64,000 bases of DNA from a virus, in IMG/VR virus record IMGVR_UViG_3300045988_163435, positions 30,425 through 94,424 of that record; one strand, 5' to 3'. Positions 34,323 to 41,909 of this stretch are shown in pieces. A program made the translations under genes and the position numbers. Below the pieces are notes generated by a model, which saw only the letters and a program-made list of their open reading frames with translations, searched no databases and was not told where the DNA came from. How positions within the stretch are numbered: position 1 is the stretch's first letter; every line of letters begins with the position of its first letter.

Positions 34323-35093
34323 CGATTGTGTTACCTCGCAAGCTTTTTATCTCGCGAATCTTTAGATTTCTTATCTCTAAAGTCCAGCGTACATTTTCAT
34401 CTCAAAAGAGATGCCGGATACTCTTGGTGGAATTATATTCTTTTTATTAAAAGTTTCATCCACTACGCGTTACAATGATAATCTTTTTAAGGATTATTTT
34501 ATCTCGGTATTCTCTAAGAATTTTTTACGAATATCATTACATCTTTCGCCATAACAAATTTTCCTTATAGTTCCAAATGGCCTATTAAGAATCATTGATA
34601 TTTTCTTTGGCGTAAGATGTTTGATAAAAAACATTTCATAAATATTAAATAGTTCTTTATCAGTAAAACTTATGCCGTTATGTTTCAACCCAATTAAATA
34701 AGCGTGACGTTGTTGCTGCTCATCAGAAGACCATTCGAGATTATATAAAGCATTGTTAAGCTTATTGCCATCTTTGTGGTTCACTGTTCTGTAATTATTT
34801 GGATTTTCTATAAACGCTTCAGCCAATATTCGATGTAGATATCTATAGTAATATTTGTTGTCTTTGAACAATCTTACTTGAATATATCCACTATTAGACT
34901 TTCTGCGTCCAATTGACATAAAGTTTCCATTTTTAGTTAATATTCTTCCATCTGAATAAACTGTGTATTCAGGAAATTCTTTTATATTCTTAAATAATTC
35001 CATAATATATGGTTTATAAAATAATATTAATAGAGTTCACCGATTTTACCCGGTTATTCACTAACGAATCACTTCGTTAGGCAGCAAGTTCAT
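34323..35093 (-). mobile_element. group I-like intron 3 of the MCP gene (771 nt) carrying an HNH endonuclease ORF
   Basis: 5' splice site after CAGU, which pairs with GCUG (U.G). The 3' end AACACAATCG aligns with the intron 1 end AACATAATTG. About 180 nt of core are shared with intron 1, with compensatory changes in three helices. Confidence 0.7.
34494..35003 (-). CDS. HNH homing endonuclease (NUMOD4/HNH_3-like), intron-encoded
   Basis: The 169-aa ORF shows YTVYSDGRI...GYIQVRL...RYLHRILAEAF...VNHKDGNKLNNALYNLEWSS, the classic phage HNH endonuclease pattern. It is AT-rich. Confidence 0.85.
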   Translation of the reverse strand: MELFKNIKEFPEYTVYSDGRILTKNGNFMSIGRRKSNSGYIQVRLFKDNKYYYRYLHRILAEAFIENPNNYRTVNHKDGNKLNNALYNLEWSSDEQQQRHAYLIGLKHNGISFTDKELFNIYEMFFIKHLTPKKISMILNRPFGTIRKICYGERCNDIRKKFLENTEIK

Positions 35094-36291
35094 ACTGATA
35101 GCCTCGATACTCTGGTTGTCCCTTAATCTGACACTTGAAGATATTTGGCTGATCAGGTGTGCCAATATAGAAAATGTCAAATCTGTAAGACTGTGCTACT
35201 CCACCTTCAGGATGCAGTACCTTGTTACGAACAGGATCATCATACATTGGAAGTACGTTAAGCTTAACCTTAACTCCCAATGGAGCGATCCACTCTGTTA
35301 CCTGATAGTCAGTGAGTGACACTGCGTTACCAGGAGCAAAGTTAGCACTGGTCTTGTTGAAATATGAAGGGTTCTGGGTTGACATCATAGGCATCCAACC
35401 AGAAGCGGTATTCTTAGCCTCACGGTTAAAAATAAGCGCACCCTTTTCTCCAGTGTTGATTACAAAAGTGCGATCACCGAAATCAAGCTTAGCAGCAGAC
35501 AGCTCATAAAGAGCGTCGAGAATCAGCTTCATGACAGAATGAGTATCGTTGTAATACATGATATTACCATACTCCATCTGCTCGAAGAGACCAGCTCCTG
35601 TCTTGATGGCATTTCCACTCTTTCCGATGTTGAGATATTCTCCATTAGCGTTTCTATTGGAACGACCAAACAGAATAGCGTTGTTTTTATAGTCGCTAAA
35701 GGTCTGCTCGAACTCCCACTCAACATTGTGCATCCACATGTTTGATGTCGTGTGCTCAATCTTCCCACCAGCAGTCTCCTTTACAATAGGAATACCGACA
35801 GCAAGTTTCTTATTAAGCATCGAACCTGGAACCTTGTGCTGAAGACGAATGGTAGACCACTCGTTGCGCATAGATACCGGAGTCGAGAACGAAATATCGC
35901 CAACCTTCCTTGACAGCTCACGCTCGACGAACGCAGCTTCAATAGAGAATTTCTCTCCTGCAAGAAGTCTCTCGGCAGGCACTCCGTTGACGTTCCCTCC
36001 GGCAAGTTCGACCTTGTATATGGCCTGACTTCCCTCCATGCGAGGATCGCCAAGAATTCTGAACTGATAAATCTCATTCAAGTTGCCTACTACATACTCG
36101 CCATCTGAGCACCAATCCTCGTTGAACACAAGATAGAACGGAGTGGTATTCGCACCGACCATTCCAGATGCTGATGTCACAGGAGTTCCATCTTCAAGAC
36201 GAGCCTCTACAAGAGGTACGTTTCTACGGCTTGAACCAATAACCTCCCACGTATACTCTGAATCCAAATATGTTATTCTGCTTTTACGCAA
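35094..36291 (-). CDS. major capsid protein, exon 3 (399 codons + 1 nt)
   Basis: The track ORF 35077..36291 begins at TTG, not ATG. It directly follows the intron 2 3' end (P9 hairpin CATTACG-GAAA-CGTAATG then AG). Its 404-aa size is too short for a crAss-like MCP unless it is joined to the flanking exons. Confidence 0.75.
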
Positions 36292-36537
36292 CTCATTACG
36301 TTTCCGTAATGTTCAGACTATACCATCATCTCTTTTTTCAAGAGATGGATCTATTATAGTCGTTGAACCTTCATTAATAACATTAATGCTTGGCTGCTGA
36401 TTGGCCAATCTGCAAAATTTTTAAACATTCACGTTTACCTTTACAGGTTGCGTTGTAGTTTTTGCAGCTCTAAGGCGTTTCCAGCAATTTAAGATCTTTG
36501 CTTTATCATATCGCTATGATAAGGGACAATTCATTTT
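36292..36537 (-). mobile_element. canonical ORF-less group I intron 2 of the MCP gene (246 nt)
   Basis: On the minus strand: P1 GGAU|AAAAUGAAUU-GUCC. P2: TTATCATA-GCGA-TATGATAA. P element: AAATTGCTGGAAACG. Q element: AATCAGCAGCCAAG. P6: CATTAAT-GTT-ATTAATG. R element: GGTTCAACGACTATAAT. P8: CATCTCTT-GAAAAA-AGAGATG. S element: GGTATAGTCTG. P9 has a GAAA loop. The intron ends in G. Confidence 0.8.
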
Positions 36538-36681
36538 ATCCTCGAATTCGTGAATAGGGAATGTATTAAGGAATGTATCCCAACTCTTCCCCCTATAATA
36601 AGCAAGCAACTGAACCATTACGTTAGTTGCCTTCTGTGGCGCAAGTTGATAAATAGCGCCCAAGTGATTTTCTTTAGTTAG
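36538..36681 (-). CDS. major capsid protein, exon 2 (48 aa)
   Basis: By-eye translation gives LTKENHLGAIYQLAPQKATNVMVQLLAYYRGKSWDTFLNTFPIHEFED. The open frame is bounded by TAA upstream and TAG downstream and has no start codon. Confidence 0.7.
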
Positions 36682-36951
36682 CAATTATGTTATCCTAAAG
36701 GCTTTTTATCCTCTAGTTCTTACACTTTACCATTGTGCAAGTCCAGCATATATTTTCATCAATTCTGTGAATATTTTTAATTGAATTAATGTTGGGCACT
36801 CTTGGAAGAATTATATTCTATTCATAGTTTCATCTTCTATGCGTTACGCTGTACATAAGTATTATCCTATGTCTTAGCACGGTATTATCCTTTATTATTG
36901 GAGGACTTCACCGTTTTTGCCCAATTTTACAAGAGCTTAACTTGTAAGTCA
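36682..36951 (-). mobile_element. compact group I-like intron 1 of the MCP gene (270 nt, ORF-less)
   Basis: P1: exon AAGGGU pairs with GCUCUU (terminal U.G). P10: GUUA pairs with exon-2 UAAC. P3-like: TTGGGCA/TGCCCAA. P8-like: CATTAATTC..GAATTGATG. The intron ends AACATAATTG. It is a paralog of intron 3. Confidence 0.65.
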
Positions 36952-37005
36952 ACCCTTCCAATGAGAAAAGCCTACCATCTGATACTTACCGAGCAATCCG
37001 GCCAT
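36952..37005 (-). CDS. major capsid protein, exon 1 (18 aa, MAGLLGKYQMVGFSHWKG)
   Basis: The ATG at 37005 lies 42 nt downstream of the scaffold gene stop. The frame hits TGA immediately after GGT, which is the proposed 5' splice site. Confidence 0.6.
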
Positions 37006-37047
37006 AATTTTGTTTAATTAAATGTTGTTAAAAAAAAATATATTTTG

Positions 37048-38208
37048 CTACACATCGAGCCTCCATCCGCCTTTTCCAAAGTATTCAGGCGAATTGTCGT
37101 CAGTGACTCCACTCAAAAGATTGAGGCTGCCGTCACTATTCCTTGAGGTATTCGACAATGTATGCTCCAATTCACGAAGGCTGCTCTTCATCTGACGTTT
37201 GACACCGCTTTGAATAAGCTTTCCAATATTCGAGAAACCATCAGTCAGGGTATAGATTATACCGAGATTCTTAATGAACTCTTTTGGATTCTCTCTCTGG
37301 TATTTCTGAACGGCTGTCAGCATTTGACCAGTCTTATCATCACGATAAGACGCCTTGCTGATATTATCATAAATCTTCTGTCTAACCTGCTTATCTATAG
37401 GAAGAGTTCCAAAGATATCCTTGTCTTCCATGATAGATTTCTTAAGTTCCTCGAATGATTTACGATTATTGTCGTCTTGTTCCTTTCTAGCCTTCTGTTC
37501 TTTATCAACAAGGTCTTTATAAATATTTTTATAATATTCCTTATTGGCTGCGAGAGCCTCTTTCGCGTCCTCGATGTCAGTACCCGCATCGAAAGACTTC
37601 TTTAGCTCGCGTTTGATCTTATCTTCTGAATAGCCTCTGTTAAGCATATCCTGCGCGATTATGTTGCTCCTAAGTTTATCCGCCTCCTCATCGTTTGCAG
37701 TTATATCCTCTTCAGTGATACTATCAAGATATTTAATTATCGACTCGTTTTTCTTAATCTCGGTCGGCTCAACTCCAGCGTTAAGCGCGTCATTGATACG
37801 TTTCTGTGACTCGTCAAAACGAGACTCGACAACCTTATTAATAGCCTCGGCGAAGTCTTCAGCGGTCTTCACTTTGGCAAGATCCTCATCATTAAGGCCA
37901 GAAAGAACACCGTCCTTCACAAGTGCGTCAAGCGTGGAAGAGTAGAAGTTTGTTTCGTTGTTAGGAGAAGTCTCGGCACCATGTCCGGTTTCCTCCTGGC
38001 CATTCTTAACAACACTACCTACGCTCTCTGGATCGCCGTCTGAGAATAAACTATCTACATCGACTGGATCCTCGGTCTTGTGTTCCCCGTGTTTTTCTTC
38101 ACCGCCATTAGTGGTTGACGGTTCACCATTAGTTTCTGTGTTACTACCAGTAAAGAGATTATCAATCTCTTCCGGCGTCTGAATGAAATCAATATTTAAT
38201 CCTTCCAT
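37048..38208 (-). CDS. putative head scaffolding protein (386 aa)
   Basis: Strongly acidic N-terminus, long charged coiled-coil-like body, position immediately upstream of the MCP gene, and its own TAnnTTTG box. Confidence 0.5.
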   Translation of the reverse strand: MEGLNIDFIQTPEEIDNLFTGSNTETNGEPSTTNGGEEKHGEHKTEDPVDVDSLFSDGDPESVGSVVKNGQEETGHGAETSPNNETNFYSSTLDALVKDGVLSGLNDEDLAKVKTAEDFAEAINKVVESRFDESQKRINDALNAGVEPTEIKKNESIIKYLDSITEEDITANDEEADKLRSNIIAQDMLNRGYSEDKIKRELKKSFDAGTDIEDAKEALAANKEYYKNIYKDLVDKEQKARKEQDDNNRKSFEELKKSIMEDKDIFGTLPIDKQVRQKIYDNISKASYRDDKTGQMLTAVQKYQRENPKEFIKNLGIIYTLTDGFSNIGKLIQSGVKRQMKSSLRELEHTLSNTSRNSDGSLNLLSGVTDDNSPEYFGKGGWRLDV

Positions 38209-38234
38209 AAACTCCTAAATTAAAGATTGTTTTG

Positions 38235-38242
38235 CAAAGATA
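38235..38242 (-). promoter_or_regulatory. Bacteroides-type -7 promoter box (TATCTTTG) for the scaffold-MCP unit
   Basis: Minus-strand TATCTTTG lies 26 nt upstream of the ATG at 38208. Confidence 0.5.
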
Positions 38243-38269
38243 ATCATTTTTAATCAACCAGCACAGAAT

Positions 38270-38734
38270 CTAACTACCATCGTTATGAAAGTATGACGTT
38301 CTTAGTTTGGTTAACGTCCTCTTTTCTACATAACGTATAGTGGAATTTTTCTTATGTTTTACATTGCCATACTTATCAGCCTGTTTTTCTGGATAATGGT
38401 CATAATAACCATCACCTGAATGCAGCCAACAACGTATTCCAGAGTATGCTCCAACAACAATCAGATAAAGCCACCCAAGACGCCTGCTTTGAAACGTATG
38501 TCCATATTCATGATATAACGTAGTCTCTCGAATAGCTCCTTCTTTATCACAAAAGCAGAACAGATACTTCCCAAGTGAGAAAGACTTACCAGTATTCCGT
38601 TGACCATAAACAACGAATTTGTGACCCTTGTCGTCCTCATAATAATATTTTATGATAGGCTTGTAAAACATAATGCAGAACAAGCCAAGCAAGTTCTGCG
38701 GAAGCTGCCATAAATAAAGTAGAAACTCTTTCAT
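38270..38734 (-). CDS. small membrane-associated zincin-like protein (HEYGH motif), 154 aa
   Basis: HExxH motif in LYHEYGHTFQ, flanked by hydrophobic segments (LLGLFCIMFY; WLYLIVVGAYSGI). Confidence 0.4.
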   Translation of the reverse strand: MKEFLLYLWQLPQNLLGLFCIMFYKPIIKYYYEDDKGHKFVVYGQRNTGKSFSLGKYLFCFCDKEGAIRETTLYHEYGHTFQSRRLGWLYLIVVGAYSGIRCWLHSGDGYYDHYPEKQADKYGNVKHKKNSTIRYVEKRTLTKLRTSYFHNDGS

Positions 38735-38735
38735 A

Positions 38736-39200
38736 TTATACTATTGTAATTGTTATTTCCTGGCCCTGTGACGCGCTTTCACACATCATCCTGTATAGTC
38801 GTTCAAAATAAGCGCGAGAGTTCGTTATACGGCCTTTCTGTGAGTTTATTCCGACACCTATACAACCAAGCGACTCCTCTGCTGTATTGAACGGATGAAT
38901 AAGCACGCCATTATATCCTGGCACGTTGATAAGTCTTGGTATTTTGCCATCGCAAAAATCCCTATAATATTTGTTCCACCTAAACTTTGGCGATACAACG
39001 TCAAGGGTTACCTTATATGTGCCGGTCGGAATGGCCGTCTCTCCATATACTTTGAGTTTGTTGATTTGTTCGATCGGCATCTTTTGGTCAAGTCCACGAT
39101 CCTTGTCCTCAAGCGTACTTGAAAAATATTTACCGTCAACATATAGTTTACCGATAGTATATGTATCTGCCTTGAATACCCTTTTTAGTAAAAGTTTCAT
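38736..39200 (-). CDS. DUF5675-like / L,D-peptidase-like cell-wall hydrolase candidate (154 aa)
   Basis: Motifs YTIGKLYVDG...GTYKV...VPGYNGVLIHPFN....SLGCIGVG match the His...Ser-x-Gly-Cys-Ile signature of YkuD-like/DUF5675 phage proteins. Confidence 0.45.
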   Translation of the reverse strand: MKLLLKRVFKADTYTIGKLYVDGKYFSSTLEDKDRGLDQKMPIEQINKLKVYGETAIPTGTYKVTLDVVSPKFRWNKYYRDFCDGKIPRLINVPGYNGVLIHPFNTAEESLGCIGVGINSQKGRITNSRAYFERLYRMMCESASQGQEITITIV

Positions 39201-39211
39201 ATTAATATTTT

Positions 39212-39958
39212 TTAGCGATAGCGTAATTTTTCAGCGATAGCGTAAGCTGTGCGCTGCTCAACGTTGAACGAACTTGGTTTTTCATCATAAGCGACTACGA
39301 GAAATGCTGTCGGGAGTTTATCCCCTGGAACCAAAAACATAGAGTAATATGTTATACCAGGAGCAGATAAAAGTCCATATAAATACTTGTCGCTGTCTTT
39401 TAAATCCTCGACATATCCTTGTGAAGATCCTGTTCTTCCGGCATCTTGCGCGGCTTTTATGAATGCCAAATTAACGTCTTTTAGATTTTTTGCGAATGAA
39501 TTAATGTCTTGTCGTAATGATTCCATTGATGGACTTGCAAATATGAATGGTATTCCACCAAAACCAACCTGTGTATTGTGTAACTCAAACAATGTGGCAG
39601 ATCGAGCATTTGTGCAATCAATTACGTTGTCAAGATATTCCTGAATGTCTAAACGAACATCAAGGCTTCTCTGAAGCTTTTCATTATGCACGGCGTCTCT
39701 TAAATTTGCAATATGACTCACAAATTTTTTAGGAAATACGAAAAACCACACAGAAATTGCAATAATGCACATCATCGCGAGATTCTTGAGTATTCTTAGC
39801 CATCTATATTCTTTGCTGAGCAGCTTAAGTCCCTTATCAATCCAAGACACTATTGCGTTTCCTCTATTAACAAACTTGTCATCACTTGGAATATCAGGAT
39901 TACAATCAACAGGCTCGTCCATAATTGGCTCTTCTATATCTTCTTTCATATTAGTCAA
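39212..39958 (-). CDS. single-pass membrane protein (248 aa), lysis-cassette candidate
   Basis: Transmembrane segment ILKNLAMMCIIAISVWFFVF. Adjacent to the hydrolase-like gene. Confidence 0.35.
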   Translation of the reverse strand: MTNMKEDIEEPIMDEPVDCNPDIPSDDKFVNRGNAIVSWIDKGLKLLSKEYRWLRILKNLAMMCIIAISVWFFVFPKKFVSHIANLRDAVHNEKLQRSLDVRLDIQEYLDNVIDCTNARSATLFELHNTQVGFGGIPFIFASPSMESLRQDINSFAKNLKDVNLAFIKAAQDAGRTGSSQGYVEDLKDSDKYLYGLLSAPGITYYSMFLVPGDKLPTAFLVVAYDEKPSSFNVEQRTAYAIAEKLRYR

Positions 39959-40586
39959 CTATTTTAATAAACCTTTGTTCATTTACATTTATGTACGGAT
40001 TTTTCTCTACGATTCTGCCTTCGACAACAACGTGACGTTTTTGGAACATCCTGCCAATCCAACACGCTTTTGGCTTGCCGACAATCCTTTTCGATGACGA
40101 TATTACTATATATGTATCGCTATTGAATTCCGGATGCACTGTTATTTTGTTTGGATATTCAAGACTTAACGCAAGATTGTACCAGTTATTATCAGTGAGA
40201 GTCGTATCAATCTTCATGCCTTTTATGAATACCGTATCCCTAAGCACTACCGTATCTTTTTTGGAAGATGTCATTACAATCCTTGAGATGCTCTCGAGCT
40301 CCTTGTCTTTTACGCGCAATTCTTTACGCACAGCATTCATTTTTTGATTGATGCTGTCAACAGAGTTGTTTAACGCATCGATTGTGTAATTAAGGACGAG
40401 CACACTATCTTTTAGTTCTGAATTGAATAACTCGTAAGCATTTATATTACTATTCGATTTCGCCAACTCTCTATTAAGTGTGACATTCTTTTTATATAAT
40501 ACTGATGATGATACGGATAACACAATGATAACAGAGGTAATTATTGCATAAATGTAATATCTTATCTTCATGTACTTAGCCTCCAA
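39951..40586 (-). CDS. N-terminally anchored coiled-coil protein (211 aa), spanin/lysis-accessory candidate
   Basis: N-terminal TM segment YYIYAIITSVIIVLSVSSSVL followed by a coiled coil. 8-nt overlap with the next gene. Confidence 0.3.
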   Translation of the reverse strand: MEAKYMKIRYYIYAIITSVIIVLSVSSSVLYKKNVTLNRELAKSNSNINAYELFNSELKDSVLVLNYTIDALNNSVDSINQKMNAVRKELRVKDKELESISRIVMTSSKKDTVVLRDTVFIKGMKIDTTLTDNNWYNLALSLEYPNKITVHPEFNSDTYIVISSSKRIVGKPKACWIGRMFQKRHVVVEGRIVEKNPYINVNEQRFIKIVD

Positions 40587-41185
40587 TTGACGTTAGACAT
40601 TATTGATGAGGTCTGTACACCACCATTAGATGTGAAATTAATTGTAGTACGGCTAAAGTACATATACTTATCAAGTGGTGGCCCAGGTGTACTACCATTT
40701 CCGTCCTGTGATATATTCAACGTTTTGGTTATATTGTTACCGTCTGACAGAATAATATTTATGTTCCTTGGATAAGACGATGTGTTTGTACCAACATCGA
40801 TTGTTATTATGTAGTCGTATATGGATATCTTCCCGGGATCACCTGTAATAAATGTACGACTTACGCCATTCCAATTAGAAATAACATTACCATTTACTCG
40901 AATACTGCCTGCTATAGATGTCGCGATGGTACTGACATTTGCTGTGCCAGAAATAGTTACGACTGACTCGTTCGCGCTAAGACGTTGGGTATATCTCGAC
41001 ATGTTGAGAATATTTCCAACACCAATTTGTTCGAGACTTATAGTAGCATACTCATTATTATCAAATGATACCCTAAACCGTCCTTTTAATGACTCTCTTC
41101 CATTATTTTGCGAGGACGTGCTAATAACTATATCACTATTTCCGGATCCGGATGTATCGCCGCTCTTGATATAAAAATTACTCAT
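40568..41185 (-). CDS. BACON/Ig-like tail-associated protein (205 aa), paralog of 41237..41902
   Basis: N-terminus SGDTSGSGNSDIVISTSSQNNGRESLKGRFRVS and C-terminus INFTSNGGVQTSSIMSNVNWRL align with the neighbouring paralog. Confidence 0.45.
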   Translation of the reverse strand: MSNFYIKSGDTSGSGNSDIVISTSSQNNGRESLKGRFRVSFDNNEYATISLEQIGVGNILNMSRYTQRLSANESVVTISGTANVSTIATSIAGSIRVNGNVISNWNGVSRTFITGDPGKISIYDYIITIDVGTNTSSYPRNINIILSDGNNITKTLNISQDGNGSTPGPPLDKYMYFSRTTINFTSNGGVQTSSIMSNVNWRLST

Positions 41186-41236
41186 GTAGCTATTATATTA
41201 AGGGACGAGCATAACCCGTCCCCTGTGTTAAACAAA

Positions 41237-41902
41237 TTAAACAGTTGTAAGCGTCCAGGCAATATTTGAGGATATCTTTGCGCCGGTTGACGGTGCACCA
41301 TCTGCATTAATGCGAATAAATGATATCTCAGCCCCCTGATTATTCGTAAATTTAAGGTACTTTTTAGCTCCCGCCTGATTAATATCTCCAGTATCAACGA
41401 TAGATGCTGTCGTTGCTGATGTTATTGTTACGGGGTACTTTACAATAGACGTAGCCGCATTCGTAGGAATCGTTACAACCATTGTTACAGTATACTGAGC
41501 TGTAGCTCCTGGATCTCCTGTAGGTGTAACAGTAATATTATTTGTACCAGACAGTGAAACGGCAGAATTGTTAACACTGATACTCTTAATTATAGGAGTT
41601 TGGGAAGAATATCCAGTCGGAGCTTCAACCTTTGCAATAAATGAGCTACTATTAGATGTAAATACAACATTTACGTTACCTCCATCCTTGACAGCTGTTC
41701 CAACGGAAGAAATTTTTATAAACTCTATTGCCCCTTCTTGAGTAATCCCAAGGTTGTTGCTTGATGTTAATGTTCCACTTGTCTCTCTTGCGGAGATGGT
41801 TACTGTACGTGAGTTTCGTCCGGTGTTTTTAGTCGCGCTTATAGTCAACGTGGCGTCTCCTGAACCGGAATCAGGTGTGATTGTTGCAAAATTAGTTATC
41901 AT
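41237..41902 (-). CDS. BACON/Ig-like tail-associated protein (221 aa)
   Basis: N-terminus TPDSGSGDATLTISATKNTGRNSRTVTISA (like the BACON C-terminal half) and C-terminus ISFIRINADGAPSTGAKISSNIAWTLT (like the BACON N-terminal half). Confidence 0.45.
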   Translation of the reverse strand: MITNFATITPDSGSGDATLTISATKNTGRNSRTVTISARETSGTLTSSNNLGITQEGAIEFIKISSVGTAVKDGGNVNVVFTSNSSSFIAKVEAPTGYSSQTPIIKSISVNNSAVSLSGTNNITVTPTGDPGATAQYTVTMVVTIPTNAATSIVKYPVTITSATTASIVDTGDINQAGAKKYLKFTNNQGAEISFIRINADGAPSTGAKISSNIAWTLTTV

Positions 41903-41909
41903 ATATATA

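Noticed and set aside
35077-35093. C-terminal tail ...YELAA* of the 404-aa ORF as the true MCP C-terminus
   Set aside because: The tail lies beyond a U.G-paired splice site (CAGU/GCUG). It is followed by an intron homologous to intron 1, and a conserved-looking 50-aa exon with its own terminator lies downstream. I read the tail as intron read-through.
36143-36400. 85-aa plus-strand ORF spanning the exon 3 / intron 2 boundary
   Set aside because: It is antisense to the MCP exon and to the group I core (R/S elements), so it is a chance ORF.
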